The notes under the pieces were generated by a model. It made no database searches, was not told where the DNA came from, and worked only from the letters and a program-made list of their open reading frames with translations. This document shows positions 38,532-48,256 of a stretch of DNA of 64,000 nucleotides, piece by piece. Source of the DNA: Candidatus Hydrothermarchaeales archaeon (GTDB taxonomy: Archaea > Hydrothermarchaeota > Hydrothermarchaeia > Hydrothermarchaeales > JAZGAD01); assembly GCA_036444275.1 (NCBI GenBank), contig JAZGAD010000033.1, forward strand, positions 1 to 64,000. Direction: 5' to 3'. Numbering within the stretch: the first letter of the stretch is position 1; each line of letters starts with the position of its first letter. Both the position numbers and the translations under genes were made by a program.

Positions 38532-39224
38532 ATGAAGGTAAAGCTACTTAGGTGTACAGAAAACGGCGTGGAGCTCGTGGCACAGTCAGCCAGGGTGAGC
38601 GGCGTACCCCCTGACATGAGCGACGAAGAGATCATTAGGATGATCGTGGAGAATGACTATTCCTCAGCCTTAGAACACATATCCTTCTCTTTTGAACTGC
38701 GGGGAATTAGCATAGCGCTGAGCAGGGAGCTCCTGGAGCACCGCATAGCATCGCACACCGCTAGGAGCACGCGTTACCAGGAAGAGGAGGACTTCGGCTA
38801 CTACGTCCCAAAGGAGTTCCATAATCAAGCCGAGGCACTTGCGCAATACAAGGCGATAATGCGGAAGCTAGCCGAGACCTATAACGGACTCCGGAGTATG
38901 GGCGTATCAAGGGAATCCTCGAGATACCTCCTTCCACTGGCTACTCACACAAACTATATCTGGACCATCAACGCCAGAAGCCTCATCAACTTCCTAGGCC
39001 TCCGTCTCTGCGTCAGGGCATCGCCTGAGATGCGGGAGTTAGCCAAGAAAGTCCACGAGATCGTGGTCGAGCTCTATCCACAGGTCTTCGAGAACATCAA
39101 CTGCAGGGGCTGGAACCTCGCTGCCTGCCCAGAGAACAAGGTCAGAGATAAGGCCAAACCAGCCTGCCCATACCAGAAAAAAGTACCTACCAAGGAGGAG
39201 ATTAGGGAAAGGACTCCTCGATGA
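38532..39224 (+). CDS. thyX: FAD-dependent thymidylate synthase ThyX
   Basis: S.LEH, HRIASHTARSTRY, E..RYLLP, NARSL.NFL.LRLC.RA..EMR. Confidence 0.9.
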   Translation: MKVKLLRCTENGVELVAQSARVSGVPPDMSDEEIIRMIVENDYSSALEHISFSFELRGISIALSRELLEHRIASHTARSTRYQEEEDFGYYVPKEFHNQAEALAQYKAIMRKLAETYNGLRSMGVSRESSRYLLPLATHTNYIWTINARSLINFLGLRLCVRASPEMRELAKKVHEIVVELYPQVFENINCRGWNLAACPENKVRDKAKPACPYQKKVPTKEEIRERTPR

Positions 39225-39654
39225 CTACTTCATCCCCTATAACTACCTTATTTCCCATGGTGAAATTCGCACTAACCTCAAGTACATACCTCGCGGGCTT
39301 AGCCGGCTGATACACCTCACACGGTTCTTGCCTGCAGGGTTCTGCACTCATCTTTATGTCAACCACCTTTAGATCAGAGCTCAGCCATATTATATCGATT
39401 GGGAAATTCATGTTCTTCATCCAGATCGTATAGTAACCATCGTAGCTGTAGGAAAAGAGCATACCCTCATTTTCCCCAATGTTTTTTCTAAACATCAAAC
39501 CCGTGCTTATTTCCGTGGGATCGCTCACTATTTCCACCTTGACCTGCGCTCCATTCGGGAAGCGCGCATACACCCCACCATAGTTCTTGACGAAGATAGC
39601 CGCGGCGATGGAAAACAGGAACAATAACAGTGCTGCCAGTTCCTTGGTATCCAC
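39202..39654 (-). CDS. DUF192-family protein
   Basis: GLMFR, GMLF, WMKNM.FPIDII, YVLEV. Confidence 0.88.
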   Translation of the reverse strand: MDTKELAALLLFLFSIAAAIFVKNYGGVYARFPNGAQVKVEIVSDPTEISTGLMFRKNIGENEGMLFSYSYDGYYTIWMKNMNFPIDIIWLSSDLKVVDIKMSAEPCRQEPCEVYQPAKPARYVLEVSANFTMGNKVVIGDEVVIEESFP

Positions 39655-39698
39655 CCTTTCACCTCATCATTCGAGCTATTCTAGATGCCTGTTCTAAG

Positions 39699-40721
39699 CT
39701 AAAAGGCTTCTATGCTACGGATAACGAGCTTGACTGCATTCTTGATATCTTCTATCTTGGCAACCTCTACAGGACTGTGTAGGTAACGCGTTGGTATGGA
39801 AACAACTCCTGATGGTATCCCTTCCCGGGTTAGATGGATGGCTGAGGCATCAGTAGTCCCTCCTTCCCCAACTTCCAACTGATAGGGTATCTTATGCTTC
39901 TCTGCAGTTGAAACCAAAAGCTCCTTCACATCCGGATGGGTTATCAAACCTCTTCCACTGGCATCTGCTATGGTTATCACCGGGCCCTTACCAAGCTTTG
40001 TTTGGACCTCTTCTTTGGCACCTGGGAAATCCCCTGCAAATGTGACATCTAAGGCGATAGCGATATCAGGATTTATCTTGTAGGCAGCTGTCCTGGCACC
40101 CTTTAGGCCTACTTCCTCTTGGACTGTGCCGACGGCATAGATAGAGACGTTCTTAGGCTTTGCATGCCTAGCTATCTCCACCATTGCAGCACATCCCAGA
40201 CGTGCGTCGAAGGCTTTCCCGGTAATATATCCATCGCCAAGCTCCTTGAAGGTCCTATCAAAGGTTATATAGTCACCGACGTTGAGACCACGTTTCTTTG
40301 CAGCCTTCTCATCCCTCGCACCGACGTCTATAAACATGTCTTTATACTCTACTGCCTTCTTTCTCTCCTCAGCCTTCAGTAGGTGCGGTGATTTAGAGCC
40401 TATCACGCCGTAGAGTTGCCCCTTAGAGGTATGCACAATTACGCGTTGACTCAGGAGTGTTTGGTCAAAGAAACCGCCGAGGGTTGCAAATTTTATGAAC
40501 CCATTCTTGTCGACCTGCCTAACCATTAGGCCGATCTCGTCCATATGCGCAGCAAGCATGAACTTCCGTTCCCCATCACCCTTCCTCCCTATGAGGTTGC
40601 CGAGCTTATCAACTTCGACTTGGCAGTACTTCGAGAGTTCCTGGGCCATTATCTCCCTGACGTCCCCCTCTGAGCCGGGTACTCCATGCGCCTCCGATAA
40701 CTTTTTAACCAAATCTAGCAT
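39699..40721 (-). CDS. M42-family (TET) aminopeptidase
   Basis: AHMDEIG, KAFD.R, QEEVGL, GTTDA, RYLHS. Confidence 0.93.
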   Translation of the reverse strand: MLDLVKKLSEAHGVPGSEGDVREIMAQELSKYCQVEVDKLGNLIGRKGDGERKFMLAAHMDEIGLMVRQVDKNGFIKFATLGGFFDQTLLSQRVIVHTSKGQLYGVIGSKSPHLLKAEERKKAVEYKDMFIDVGARDEKAAKKRGLNVGDYITFDRTFKELGDGYITGKAFDARLGCAAMVEIARHAKPKNVSIYAVGTVQEEVGLKGARTAAYKINPDIAIALDVTFAGDFPGAKEEVQTKLGKGPVITIADASGRGLITHPDVKELLVSTAEKHKIPYQLEVGEGGTTDASAIHLTREGIPSGVVSIPTRYLHSPVEVAKIEDIKNAVKLVIRSIEAF

Positions 40722-40794
40722 GCACTCACATCCTATTCTAGCTACCTATTACTTTATTTATTTATTAATATTCGTATTTGTATACTAATAAGCG

Positions 40795-41277
40795 ATGATC
40801 GGCATTATTTCAGACACCCATGATAACCTAGAGGCTATCGATAAGGCAGTAGAGCTCCTCAACTCAAGCAAGGTATCGCTTGTGATCCATGCCGGCGACT
40901 ACGTAGCCCCTTTCACGGTACCGAGATTCGGAAAGCTGACATCGCCTTTGAAAGGTGTCTTTGGGAACAACGATGGAGAGAAGAGGGGTCTAGCGAATAA
41001 GTTCTCGGAGATAGGGGTCGAGATAAGGGATTTTCTGGAGTTCGAGCAGGATGGATTGAGGATATGCGTATATCATGGCACCCTCAGTGAAGTAGTAGAT
41101 GCACTGATAAAGAGCAGGAAATACGATGTAATCGTAAGCGGGCACAGCCACAAGCCTGAGGTAAAGAAAGTAGGAGGAGTATGGTCTGTTAACCCAGGGG
41201 AAGTATGCGGCTACCTAACCGGCAGGCGTACTCTCTGCCTCCTTAAGTACGATGAGCCTGAGATCATCGAATTCTGA
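40795..41277 (+). CDS. MJ0936/YfcE-type metallophosphoesterase
   Basis: SDTHDN, HAGD, GNND, GHSH, NPGE. Confidence 0.9.
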   Translation: MIGIISDTHDNLEAIDKAVELLNSSKVSLVIHAGDYVAPFTVPRFGKLTSPLKGVFGNNDGEKRGLANKFSEIGVEIRDFLEFEQDGLRICVYHGTLSEVVDALIKSRKYDVIVSGHSHKPEVKKVGGVWSVNPGEVCGYLTGRRTLCLLKYDEPEIIEF

Positions 41278-41682
41278 TTATCTGTATTCAAAGTCAAAGA
41301 AGCGTTTTACAAGGGCTCCGAGGAAAGAACCTATACCATCTGATATAGCATCGGCGATACTGGGACTTCGAAGAGGAACGAAATATTGGTGCACCTCATC
41401 GGTTATGCCATAGAAAAAGCCTATCAATGTAGCGAGGAGAAGGGCTCGCTCCACAAAGCTAGAGTTCTCAGTGCTAACAAAAGCCCTAAAGAGAAGGAAA
41501 CCAAAGATGCCATACTCAACGAGATGCAGAAGCAGCCGCTCTGGGTCTATCTGCTCCAAACCCACAATGCCGGACCCTGGTACGTAGGGTAGGGATGATA
41601 GGTAGAATATTACGCCGGCATATACCAATACAGGCATCCAGTATACAAGGGCACGTCGCATCCTTCGGCATTTTCTAGGCAC
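41278..41682 (-). CDS. VanZ-family membrane protein
   Basis: IFYLSS, H..EY, DEVHQYFVP.R. Confidence 0.85.
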   Translation of the reverse strand: MPRKCRRMRRALVYWMPVLVYAGVIFYLSSLPYVPGSGIVGLEQIDPERLLLHLVEYGIFGFLLFRAFVSTENSSFVERALLLATLIGFFYGITDEVHQYFVPLRSPSIADAISDGIGSFLGALVKRFFDFEYR

Positions 41683-41699
41683 ATTTTAAATATTTTTGG

Positions 41700-42062
41700 A
41701 TGCAATCATCTGCTATGGACTTAGACAGGATTCTTGAACACTTAAAGCCTGGTCTCAAGCTGAAACTTTCTATAGGAGAGAAAGAGTTTCTTGATGTAAT
41801 TACAGAGGAAGATAGGATCGAGGTGAGAATCTTAGACATGGAGTTGCTTAAGGACAGACTCCCCAAGTCGAAGTCTAAGACAGGTATTGGGAGCTTAGCA
41901 GATGCTGCCAAGAGCCTGGAAGACAGAGGGTATACCCTCGACGTCCTAAATGGGGATAAGCTGTTGTTGCGTGTAGGTAGAGATGCTAGACCAGGGCTGT
42001 TAACGTTTTTCGGCCCTGTTCAAGTAGTGGATCTCAGGGCTGTCTTAAAACTATTAGGATGA
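41700..42062 (+). CDS. Hypothetical protein
   Basis: ORF co-oriented with the downstream operon. Confidence 0.6.
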   Translation: MQSSAMDLDRILEHLKPGLKLKLSIGEKEFLDVITEEDRIEVRILDMELLKDRLPKSKSKTGIGSLADAAKSLEDRGYTLDVLNGDKLLLRVGRDARPGLLTFFGPVQVVDLRAVLKLLG

Positions 42063-42079
42063 CGGGGATTAGTGAGTGA

Positions 42080-43111
42080 GTGATGCTGGCGGTCCGTGTG
42101 GAAAGGGGTTTAGCTGAGGAAACTAGAAAATTGCTATTAGCTACAGGTTGCCTGGACGAAAAAAGACTCATCCTACAGAAGGGGAATTTCGTGGAATTGC
42201 CAGTATTACAGCAACCTCCTTCAATGGATCTGAAGGTTGTGGAGCAGGAGAAGCCAGAATACAAGAGGCCCAGACTCAGTTTCCAGTTAATCATGGAAAG
42301 ATTGAACTTGCAAGAGGACGAAGCGGCGGCTCTCAGACACTGGGAGCTTATAGGTGATGTATTAGTAGTGAAGCTGTCCGATGGAATGGCCCGCAAGAAA
42401 GAGATAGGAGACGGGCTATTAAAGCTCATTCCCAATGCAAACGCAGTGGTTAATAGGCAGAAGGTACAGGGGGTATATCGTGAGCCAAAAGCAGAGTTGA
42501 TAGCTGGCAGTAGAACCGAGACCCTGCACAAGGAAAACGGCTGCCTCTTCAAGCTGGATCCAATGAAGGTAATGTTCTCAACGGGAAACCCGGAGGAAAG
42601 AAGAAGGATGGCCTCTATCGTTGGCGATGGCGAGGTTGTTCTGGATATGTTCGCTGGGGTAGGCCAGTTCACTATACCCGTGGCGAAACACTCGCGGCCT
42701 AAAAGGGTGTTCGCAGTAGAGAAGAACCCAGTTGCATTCGCCTATTTAGAAGAGAACGTGCGGCTCAATCAGCTGCAAAACGTGTACACCTTACTGGGAG
42801 ACTGCTCAAAGGTGAGTCCTCAGGGAGTGGCGGATAGGGTTATAATGGGCTTCTTTGACCCCTTAGCCTTCCTACCCGCAGCTGTTGGAGCCCTTAGAGA
42901 AGAGGGCATTATCCACTATCACACTTTAACCCAAAAGAAAGAACTGAAGCTGGTGGCAGAGCGTTTATTACCTGAGTTTAAAAAGCTCGGCTGCAGTATC
43001 GAGGTTCTGGGTGAGAGGTTAATCAAGTCCTATGCTCCAAGGCTTTGGCATGCTGTCATAGACCTCAAAGTGCATAGGTGCCAAAATATAAGAGGAGCGG
43101 GTCCAAATTAG
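42080..43111 (+). CDS. Trm5/Taw2 (Met-10+) family SAM-dependent tRNA-modifying transferase
   Basis: HKENGC.F, MFS.GN..ER, DMFAGVG.F, EKNP, KSYAP. Confidence 0.85.
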   Translation: MMLAVRVERGLAEETRKLLLATGCLDEKRLILQKGNFVELPVLQQPPSMDLKVVEQEKPEYKRPRLSFQLIMERLNLQEDEAAALRHWELIGDVLVVKLSDGMARKKEIGDGLLKLIPNANAVVNRQKVQGVYREPKAELIAGSRTETLHKENGCLFKLDPMKVMFSTGNPEERRRMASIVGDGEVVLDMFAGVGQFTIPVAKHSRPKRVFAVEKNPVAFAYLEENVRLNQLQNVYTLLGDCSKVSPQGVADRVIMGFFDPLAFLPAAVGALREEGIIHYHTLTQKKELKLVAERLLPEFKKLGCSIEVLGERLIKSYAPRLWHAVIDLKVHRCQNIRGAGPN

Positions 43112-43115
43112 GCAC

Positions 43116-44702
43116 ATGGCGCTAGACGTGAGCGAGATTGAAGCACTGGTGAGGAACGGCGAGACCGAGAACGTAGAGTTCAAGGAATACCTGCGTAGAA
43201 AGATCCACTTGGAGAAGGATAGGAAGCAGGGCTTGGCCTCCCAGATGAAGTACCGCGTATTGAATGGCAGGGGCAGAGCCATATACCTCGTCGGCGTAAG
43301 CGATGGTGGGGAAATCAAGGGTCTGCCTAGAGGGAAATTTGACGAGACCATTGATGTACTAGGTTCCATAGCAAAGGAAGCAGGGCTAGCGATAACTGAG
43401 AAGAACTACTTTCGCTATAACGGTGGAACAGTTGGAAAGCTCGTTATTGAAGAATGGAAGATGAGTAAGGAGCACCTCCTCATCGGCACTGCTGGACACG
43501 TAGACCATGGGAAGAGCACCTTGGTGGGAACCCTCGTATCAGGGCAGCTGGACGATGGCAGCGGTAAGACCAGGAGGTACTTGGATACCCAAAAACACGA
43601 GATAGAGAGGGGCCTATCCGCAGACCTGAGCTACGCAGTATACGGCTTCGGAGACAACGGCAAAGCTATAAGACTCAATAACCCCCTCAGCAAGAAAGAG
43701 AAAGCCAGCGTGGTAGCGAACTCAAAGAAGATCGTCACATTCGTGGACACCGTTGGACACGAGCCATGGCTCAGGACGACTATCCGCGGTATCGTGGGGC
43801 AGAAACTGGACTACGGCGTCCTCACCATAGCTGCCGACGACGGCATAACCCATGTCACGAAGGAGCACCTAGCAATCCTCCTTGCCATGGAGCTACCGGT
43901 TATCATCGTCATAACAAAAAACGACAAGACAATAAAGCATGACCTTGAAGATGAGATTGCAGGGCTATTGAGCCTCATCGGCAAGGTACCGAAGTTCATA
44001 TACTCTGAACGTGACCTAGAGCTACTCCCACCCTTCTGGGAAACCATGGTTTTAGTACCTGTAGTTAAAACCTCGGCGAAGAGTGGCGAGGGCTTGGAGT
44101 TGCTGGACAAGCTTTTCATGCGCCTGCCCAAGCGTGCTTCTGTGGTTGATAGGGCGAAAGAGTTTCTAATGTACCTAGACAAGGTATACCACGTCCCAGG
44201 TGTTGGAACAGTAGTGAGCGGGAGCATCAAGCAGGGGGCAGTCAAGAAAGGGGATGAACTCTTCTTAGGACCGGATGTAGATGGAAAATTCCACAGGGTT
44301 AGGGTTTCTTCTATGGAAATACACCACTTCTCAGTAGACAGTGCCGAAGTTGGAGAGATAATCGGGATAGCCCTCAAGGGCCTCGATATGGAGATAGAGC
44401 GTGGCATGGTACTTACGGCAGTGCGCAATTTAGAGACCACCAAAGAATTCGAGGCAGATATAATCGTACTGAATCATCCAACCAAGATTTCAGATGGCTA
44501 TGAACCGGTCATTCACCTGGAGACCCTCTCAGAGAGTATTAGGATCACGCCCCTAGATGCAGAGTTCCTTGCAGCCGGAGATCGGGGCAGGGTTAGAATG
44601 AAGTTTAAGTATCACCCCTATTACCTTAAAGAGGGTCAGAAATTTGTCTTCAGGGAGGGCAAGAGCAAGGGGGTAGGTACGGTGATAAAACTAATAAAAT
44701 GA
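43116..44702 (+). CDS. Archaeal GTPBP1-family translational GTPase
   Basis: N-terminal NVEFKE domain; GHVDHGKST, DTVGHE, TKND, EF-Tu-like barrels. Confidence 0.9.
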   Translation: MALDVSEIEALVRNGETENVEFKEYLRRKIHLEKDRKQGLASQMKYRVLNGRGRAIYLVGVSDGGEIKGLPRGKFDETIDVLGSIAKEAGLAITEKNYFRYNGGTVGKLVIEEWKMSKEHLLIGTAGHVDHGKSTLVGTLVSGQLDDGSGKTRRYLDTQKHEIERGLSADLSYAVYGFGDNGKAIRLNNPLSKKEKASVVANSKKIVTFVDTVGHEPWLRTTIRGIVGQKLDYGVLTIAADDGITHVTKEHLAILLAMELPVIIVITKNDKTIKHDLEDEIAGLLSLIGKVPKFIYSERDLELLPPFWETMVLVPVVKTSAKSGEGLELLDKLFMRLPKRASVVDRAKEFLMYLDKVYHVPGVGTVVSGSIKQGAVKKGDELFLGPDVDGKFHRVRVSSMEIHHFSVDSAEVGEIIGIALKGLDMEIERGMVLTAVRNLETTKEFEADIIVLNHPTKISDGYEPVIHLETLSESIRITPLDAEFLAAGDRGRVRMKFKYHPYYLKEGQKFVFREGKSKGVGTVIKLIK

Positions 44703-45220
44703 AGCCCAGACTCTTTGTATATCATGCCAGGCAGTGCAACCCAAATGCGTGCACCGCCCTAAAACTTAAGAAATTCCACCTAGTGGAGATATTGCACTCG
44801 CTAAAGAGGATTCCAAGGAATGCTTTGGTGCTAAGCCCCTTCGCAGAGAAAGCCCTCTCTAGGCGTGACGAAACATACTTGAGAAATGGGCTTACTGCCT
44901 TGGACTGCTCCTGGAAGCGGGTTGAGGAGGTATTCAAGGAGCTGAAGACAATTGAAGATAGAGCGTTACCTCTCCTTGTTGCCTCTAATCCCATCAACTA
45001 TGGCAAGCTAAGCAAGTTGAGCACAGTTGAAGCCCTGAGCGCATCTTTATATATTCTGGGATATATAGAAAAGGCGGAAAAACTCCTCTCAAAGTTCAAG
45101 TGGGGCACAACCTTCTTGGATTTGAATAGGGAACTGCTTGATAGCTACTCTCAGGCTGCAAGCAGTGCCGAGGTCGTAAGGATACAAAAGGAATATTTCT
45201 CGGAGGTATTGGATGGCTAG
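44699..45220 (+). CDS. tsr3: 16S rRNA aminocarboxypropyltransferase Tsr3
   Basis: QC.P..CT..KL, LDCSW, R.LP.L.A.NPINYG, F.WG..FL.LN. Confidence 0.92.
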   Translation: MKPRLFVYHARQCNPNACTALKLKKFHLVEILHSLKRIPRNALVLSPFAEKALSRRDETYLRNGLTALDCSWKRVEEVFKELKTIEDRALPLLVASNPINYGKLSKLSTVEALSASLYILGYIEKAEKLLSKFKWGTTFLDLNRELLDSYSQAASSAEVVRIQKEYFSEVLDG

Positions 45221-45359
45221 GTTTCCAGAAGCTGAGAAGCGGTTGTTCCACTTTAAGATATGCAGGAAATGCAAGGCCAAGAATACATGGGGCGCGACTA
45301 AGTGCAAGAAATGCGGATCAAAAGCGCTGCGGCCCAAGAGGAAGGAGGTAAAGGCTTGA
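45213..45359 (+). CDS. rpl40e: 50S ribosomal protein L40e
   Basis: [19 protein letters not shown]...A.KCKKCG...LRPK; not in ORF track. Confidence 0.93.
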   Translation: MARFPEAEKRLFHFKICRKCKAKNTWGATKCKKCGSKALRPKRKEVKA

Positions 45360-46102
45360 GAGTGCTGAGATATTTAGAGAAAGAGTCAGTGAAGGAGCCT
45401 CTGCACTTGACCCTCATTGATCCTGATAAACAATCCCCGAAAGAAGCGGCTGATATCGCCTCTAACGCTTTTGATGGTGGTACGAAGGGGATAATGGTGG
45501 GCGGCTCGGCTGGCGTATTTCAGCAGAACCTCGACGAGACCGTGGACGAGATCAAAGGGAGAGTCGAACTCCCGGTAATTCTGTTCCCTGGCGATGTAAC
45601 TGGTATATCAGCCAATGCAGATGCCATCTTCTTCATGTCACTTTTGAATTCTAGGAATCCATATTATATCACAGGGGCGCAAGCTATAGGAGCAGCGGTA
45701 GTGAAGAAAGTAGGGATAGAAGCAATACCCATGGGCTACCTATTGGTGGAGCCAGGTGGGGCAGCTGGCTATGTGGGCGATGCACACCTTATATCCAGAG
45801 ATAGGCCCGAGATAGCGGTTGGTTATGCCTTGGCAGCGCAGTACCTAGGGATGAAGCTTGTTTATCTAGAAGCGGGATCTGGAGCTGCGGAACACGTGCC
45901 TGAAGATATGATTTCTGCGGTTAAGGGGAACATTGACATACCATTAATAGTGGGGGGTGGAATAAGGGACGGAAAGGATGCGGCGAGAGTAACTAGAGCC
46001 GGTGCTGACATAATAGTTACCGGCACCACAGTTGAAGGGGCGGGAGATGTAAAGAAGACGATAAGAGAGATAACTCAAGCTATGGCTGGAGCTAGGGCTT
46101 GA
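45356..46102 (+). CDS. Geranylgeranylglyceryl phosphate synthase (group II)
   Basis: [33 protein letters not shown]; TTG start overlapping the L40e stop. Confidence 0.93.
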   Translation: MRVLRYLEKESVKEPLHLTLIDPDKQSPKEAADIASNAFDGGTKGIMVGGSAGVFQQNLDETVDEIKGRVELPVILFPGDVTGISANADAIFFMSLLNSRNPYYITGAQAIGAAVVKKVGIEAIPMGYLLVEPGGAAGYVGDAHLISRDRPEIAVGYALAAQYLGMKLVYLEAGSGAAEHVPEDMISAVKGNIDIPLIVGGGIRDGKDAARVTRAGADIIVTGTTVEGAGDVKKTIREITQAMAGARA

Positions 46103-47198
46103 CTGCTGGAATGGTTGTGGAATAGGCGTAGAAGGTCCCGCTGCTCTTCAGTAGTTCTTCTCTTGTGGTGGATAGACACGGCTCGGGCCTCCATGGATCA
46201 GCGCCTGCTTTTACAGATATTGCACCGCTTATTATCCCTTTATCCAGTGCGTATGCAAGAAGCGCAGTTACCGCACCGCCATCCTGTCCCCTATTCAAGA
46301 TTTTTTCATCTTTTGCTCTAACTGCTTTGATGCTGAGGAATTCTCCTAAGCCTTCTTCTGAGGAAACTTCGCCATTGAGGACGCGTTTTTTCAGAGCTTT
46401 TATCGGTAAATGATTCCTAGGGCAAGCAAAATAACAGAACCCATATCCATCGCATTTCGCTACTAGCTCGGGTCTCTCGTCTACCACCTTTATCGCGTCT
46501 ACAGGACATACAGCCTCGCATATTCCACATGCAGAGCATAATCCATTATCAATTATCTCATAGTTCAAATCATTAAAGACCTTCTTCTCCCCCTTCTTTA
46601 GACCCTCTATCTCGCTATCCATTGAGTGAAGATGAGGCACATTTACCCCTATTTCCTCCCTCTTCTGTACCTCTGCCAGAGCACCATCCAGCTTCTGCTT
46701 GGATATCTTCTTGATAAGATTGGTACCAGGCTTGACCTCCTGGATATCCTGGGTTTCTATGTAGCCCTCCCTTTCAGCTCCTTGCAGTAGCTCCTCTCCC
46801 TTCTTGGTTCGTGTTATGACTGTGCTCCATTTCTTTGGAGTGCCTACTGCACCTACTGATATGTCAGCCAGTTCAGCAGTAAAGTCCAAGCATACTAAGC
46901 AACTGATTCTGACGTAGGGCTTGGATTCTTTCAGAGGAAATTCCACCTTGTCTCCGTTGCTGAGGTAGGCAATGATGTTTCCCTTCTTTATATCAAACTT
47001 TTTGACTTTCTCAAGATCAACGCCGTAGTCATCCTGCAGAAGTGCCCTGAAACAGGAGTAAGACCAGTTCTCCCTACAGAAAAGGCCAATCTGGAGTGTC
47101 ACCTTCTCCATCCAATCCTGCCCTATATCTCTAGAAACAGCTGCAACCTTCCGCAGCCCTTCTATCTGGCATGGAAGCCCAACATATGCTAATTCCAT
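46092..47198 (-). CDS. Circularly permuted FrhB/FpoF-family protein
   Basis: Order FrhB_C (VGLPCQ, IGLFC, CLVCLDF), then Fe-S dicluster, then FrhB_N (GQDGGAVTA, SGTFY). Confidence 0.85.
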   Translation of the reverse strand: MELAYVGLPCQIEGLRKVAAVSRDIGQDWMEKVTLQIGLFCRENWSYSCFRALLQDDYGVDLEKVKKFDIKKGNIIAYLSNGDKVEFPLKESKPYVRISCLVCLDFTAELADISVGAVGTPKKWSTVITRTKKGEELLQGAEREGYIETQDIQEVKPGTNLIKKISKQKLDGALAEVQKREEIGVNVPHLHSMDSEIEGLKKGEKKVFNDLNYEIIDNGLCSACGICEAVCPVDAIKVVDERPELVAKCDGYGFCYFACPRNHLPIKALKKRVLNGEVSSEEGLGEFLSIKAVRAKDEKILNRGQDGGAVTALLAYALDKGIISGAISVKAGADPWRPEPCLSTTREELLKSSGTFYAYSTTIPAVKP

Positions 47199-47293
47199 CG
47201 TCTTAATACCAGTTACTAGATTTATAAAAACTTATCGGGATTTAGAATTTAGAGTATGCTCTACTGCTCTACCCTGCTTTTATCTACAAGTTG

Positions 47294-48016
47294 CTATTTG
47301 CAGCCACTTTTCAGATAGCCTAATGCCTTTTTTAAGTCGGCAGGGTCTTCGCTCATAAACTCAAGGCAGAGCTCAGTGTTCTCACATATCTCTAAAACGG
47401 CAGTAAAATCCAGCTCTCCTTTACCGGGTGGCAATGCACATGAGTCTTTAAGATGAAGCTCCACGATTTCATCCCTAAAATCCATAAGTGTTGATATAAC
47501 ATCTTTCTCACCTTCGTGAATGTGACATGTATCTGCCGCTAGAGCAACATTATCCCTGTTTATCGCCTTAACTAACTTAGAAACCTCTGCTAAAGATGGG
47601 GAGAAGGCGCTTCTCGTTGGACTGAGGGCCTCCACCAATATGTTGACGTCACTCTCAGAGGAAAGCTCTCTGAACGTCTCGACGCATGTTTTGAATGGTG
47701 CGGAAACCAAGTCGAAGCCATAGGTGGGCACAGCTATCACATTAGCAGCTCCAACTTCTCTAGCGATCCCAATGGTTTCCTTTATATGCATTGTAGCGGC
47801 TTCCCTAGCGTATTTATCCCTGCTTAAAAGGTGTAGATCATGAAGGCGATATGCCTGCACAGACCGGATATCAATAGAAAAAGAACTTAGTATGCTGAGA
47901 TCCCTTTCACTGATATTCACCAGCTCCAACCATAGGCCAAGCTCATCGAGGGTCTCTAACTTATCCTCTAGAGTTCCCGGTAGGCAGAATTCTACGCAGC
48001 CAAAGTGTTCAGTCAT
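47294..48016 (-). CDS. Sugar phosphate isomerase/epimerase TIM-barrel protein
   Basis: LVEAL, DTCH, LHLKD, PGKG.LDF, LEF. Confidence 0.8.
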   Translation of the reverse strand: MTEHFGCVEFCLPGTLEDKLETLDELGLWLELVNISERDLSILSSFSIDIRSVQAYRLHDLHLLSRDKYAREAATMHIKETIGIAREVGAANVIAVPTYGFDLVSAPFKTCVETFRELSSESDVNILVEALSPTRSAFSPSLAEVSKLVKAINRDNVALAADTCHIHEGEKDVISTLMDFRDEIVELHLKDSCALPPGKGELDFTAVLEICENTELCLEFMSEDPADLKKALGYLKSGCK

Positions 48017-48046
48017 GGAAAAGAATACTTCATCAAGGTGGATTGA

Positions 48047-48119
48047 TGGGCCCGCCCGGATTCGAACCGGGGACCTTCAGTATGTGAGACTGACGTCATA
48101 GCCACTAGACTACGGGCCC
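48047..48119 (-). tRNA. tRNA-Val(CAC)
   Basis: GGGCCCG...CGGGCCCA, anticodon arm TCAGT-CTCACAT-ACTGA, GTTCGAATC T-loop. Confidence 0.95.
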
Positions 48120-48256
48120 CTATACTTAGATTAATATCTACTAATTTTAAATCTTTCCATGAGCGGGGTTTGAGGCCATGTAAGCCAAATCCCATTGGGG
48201 TAACTGTAACTGACGTGTCGAAAAAGGAAATAGCTACCTAGGGGTAAATCTCGAAA

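Noticed and set aside
43116-44702. GTPase with AlbA-like N-terminus as SelB or a defence gene
   Set aside because: Matches the standard archaeal GTPBP1 architecture in a translation operon.
45302-45355. N-terminal extension of GGGP synthase
   Set aside because: The region is the rpl40e coding sequence in another frame.
48013-48195. ORFs overlapping 48047-48119
   Set aside because: The region is tRNA-Val and its promoter.
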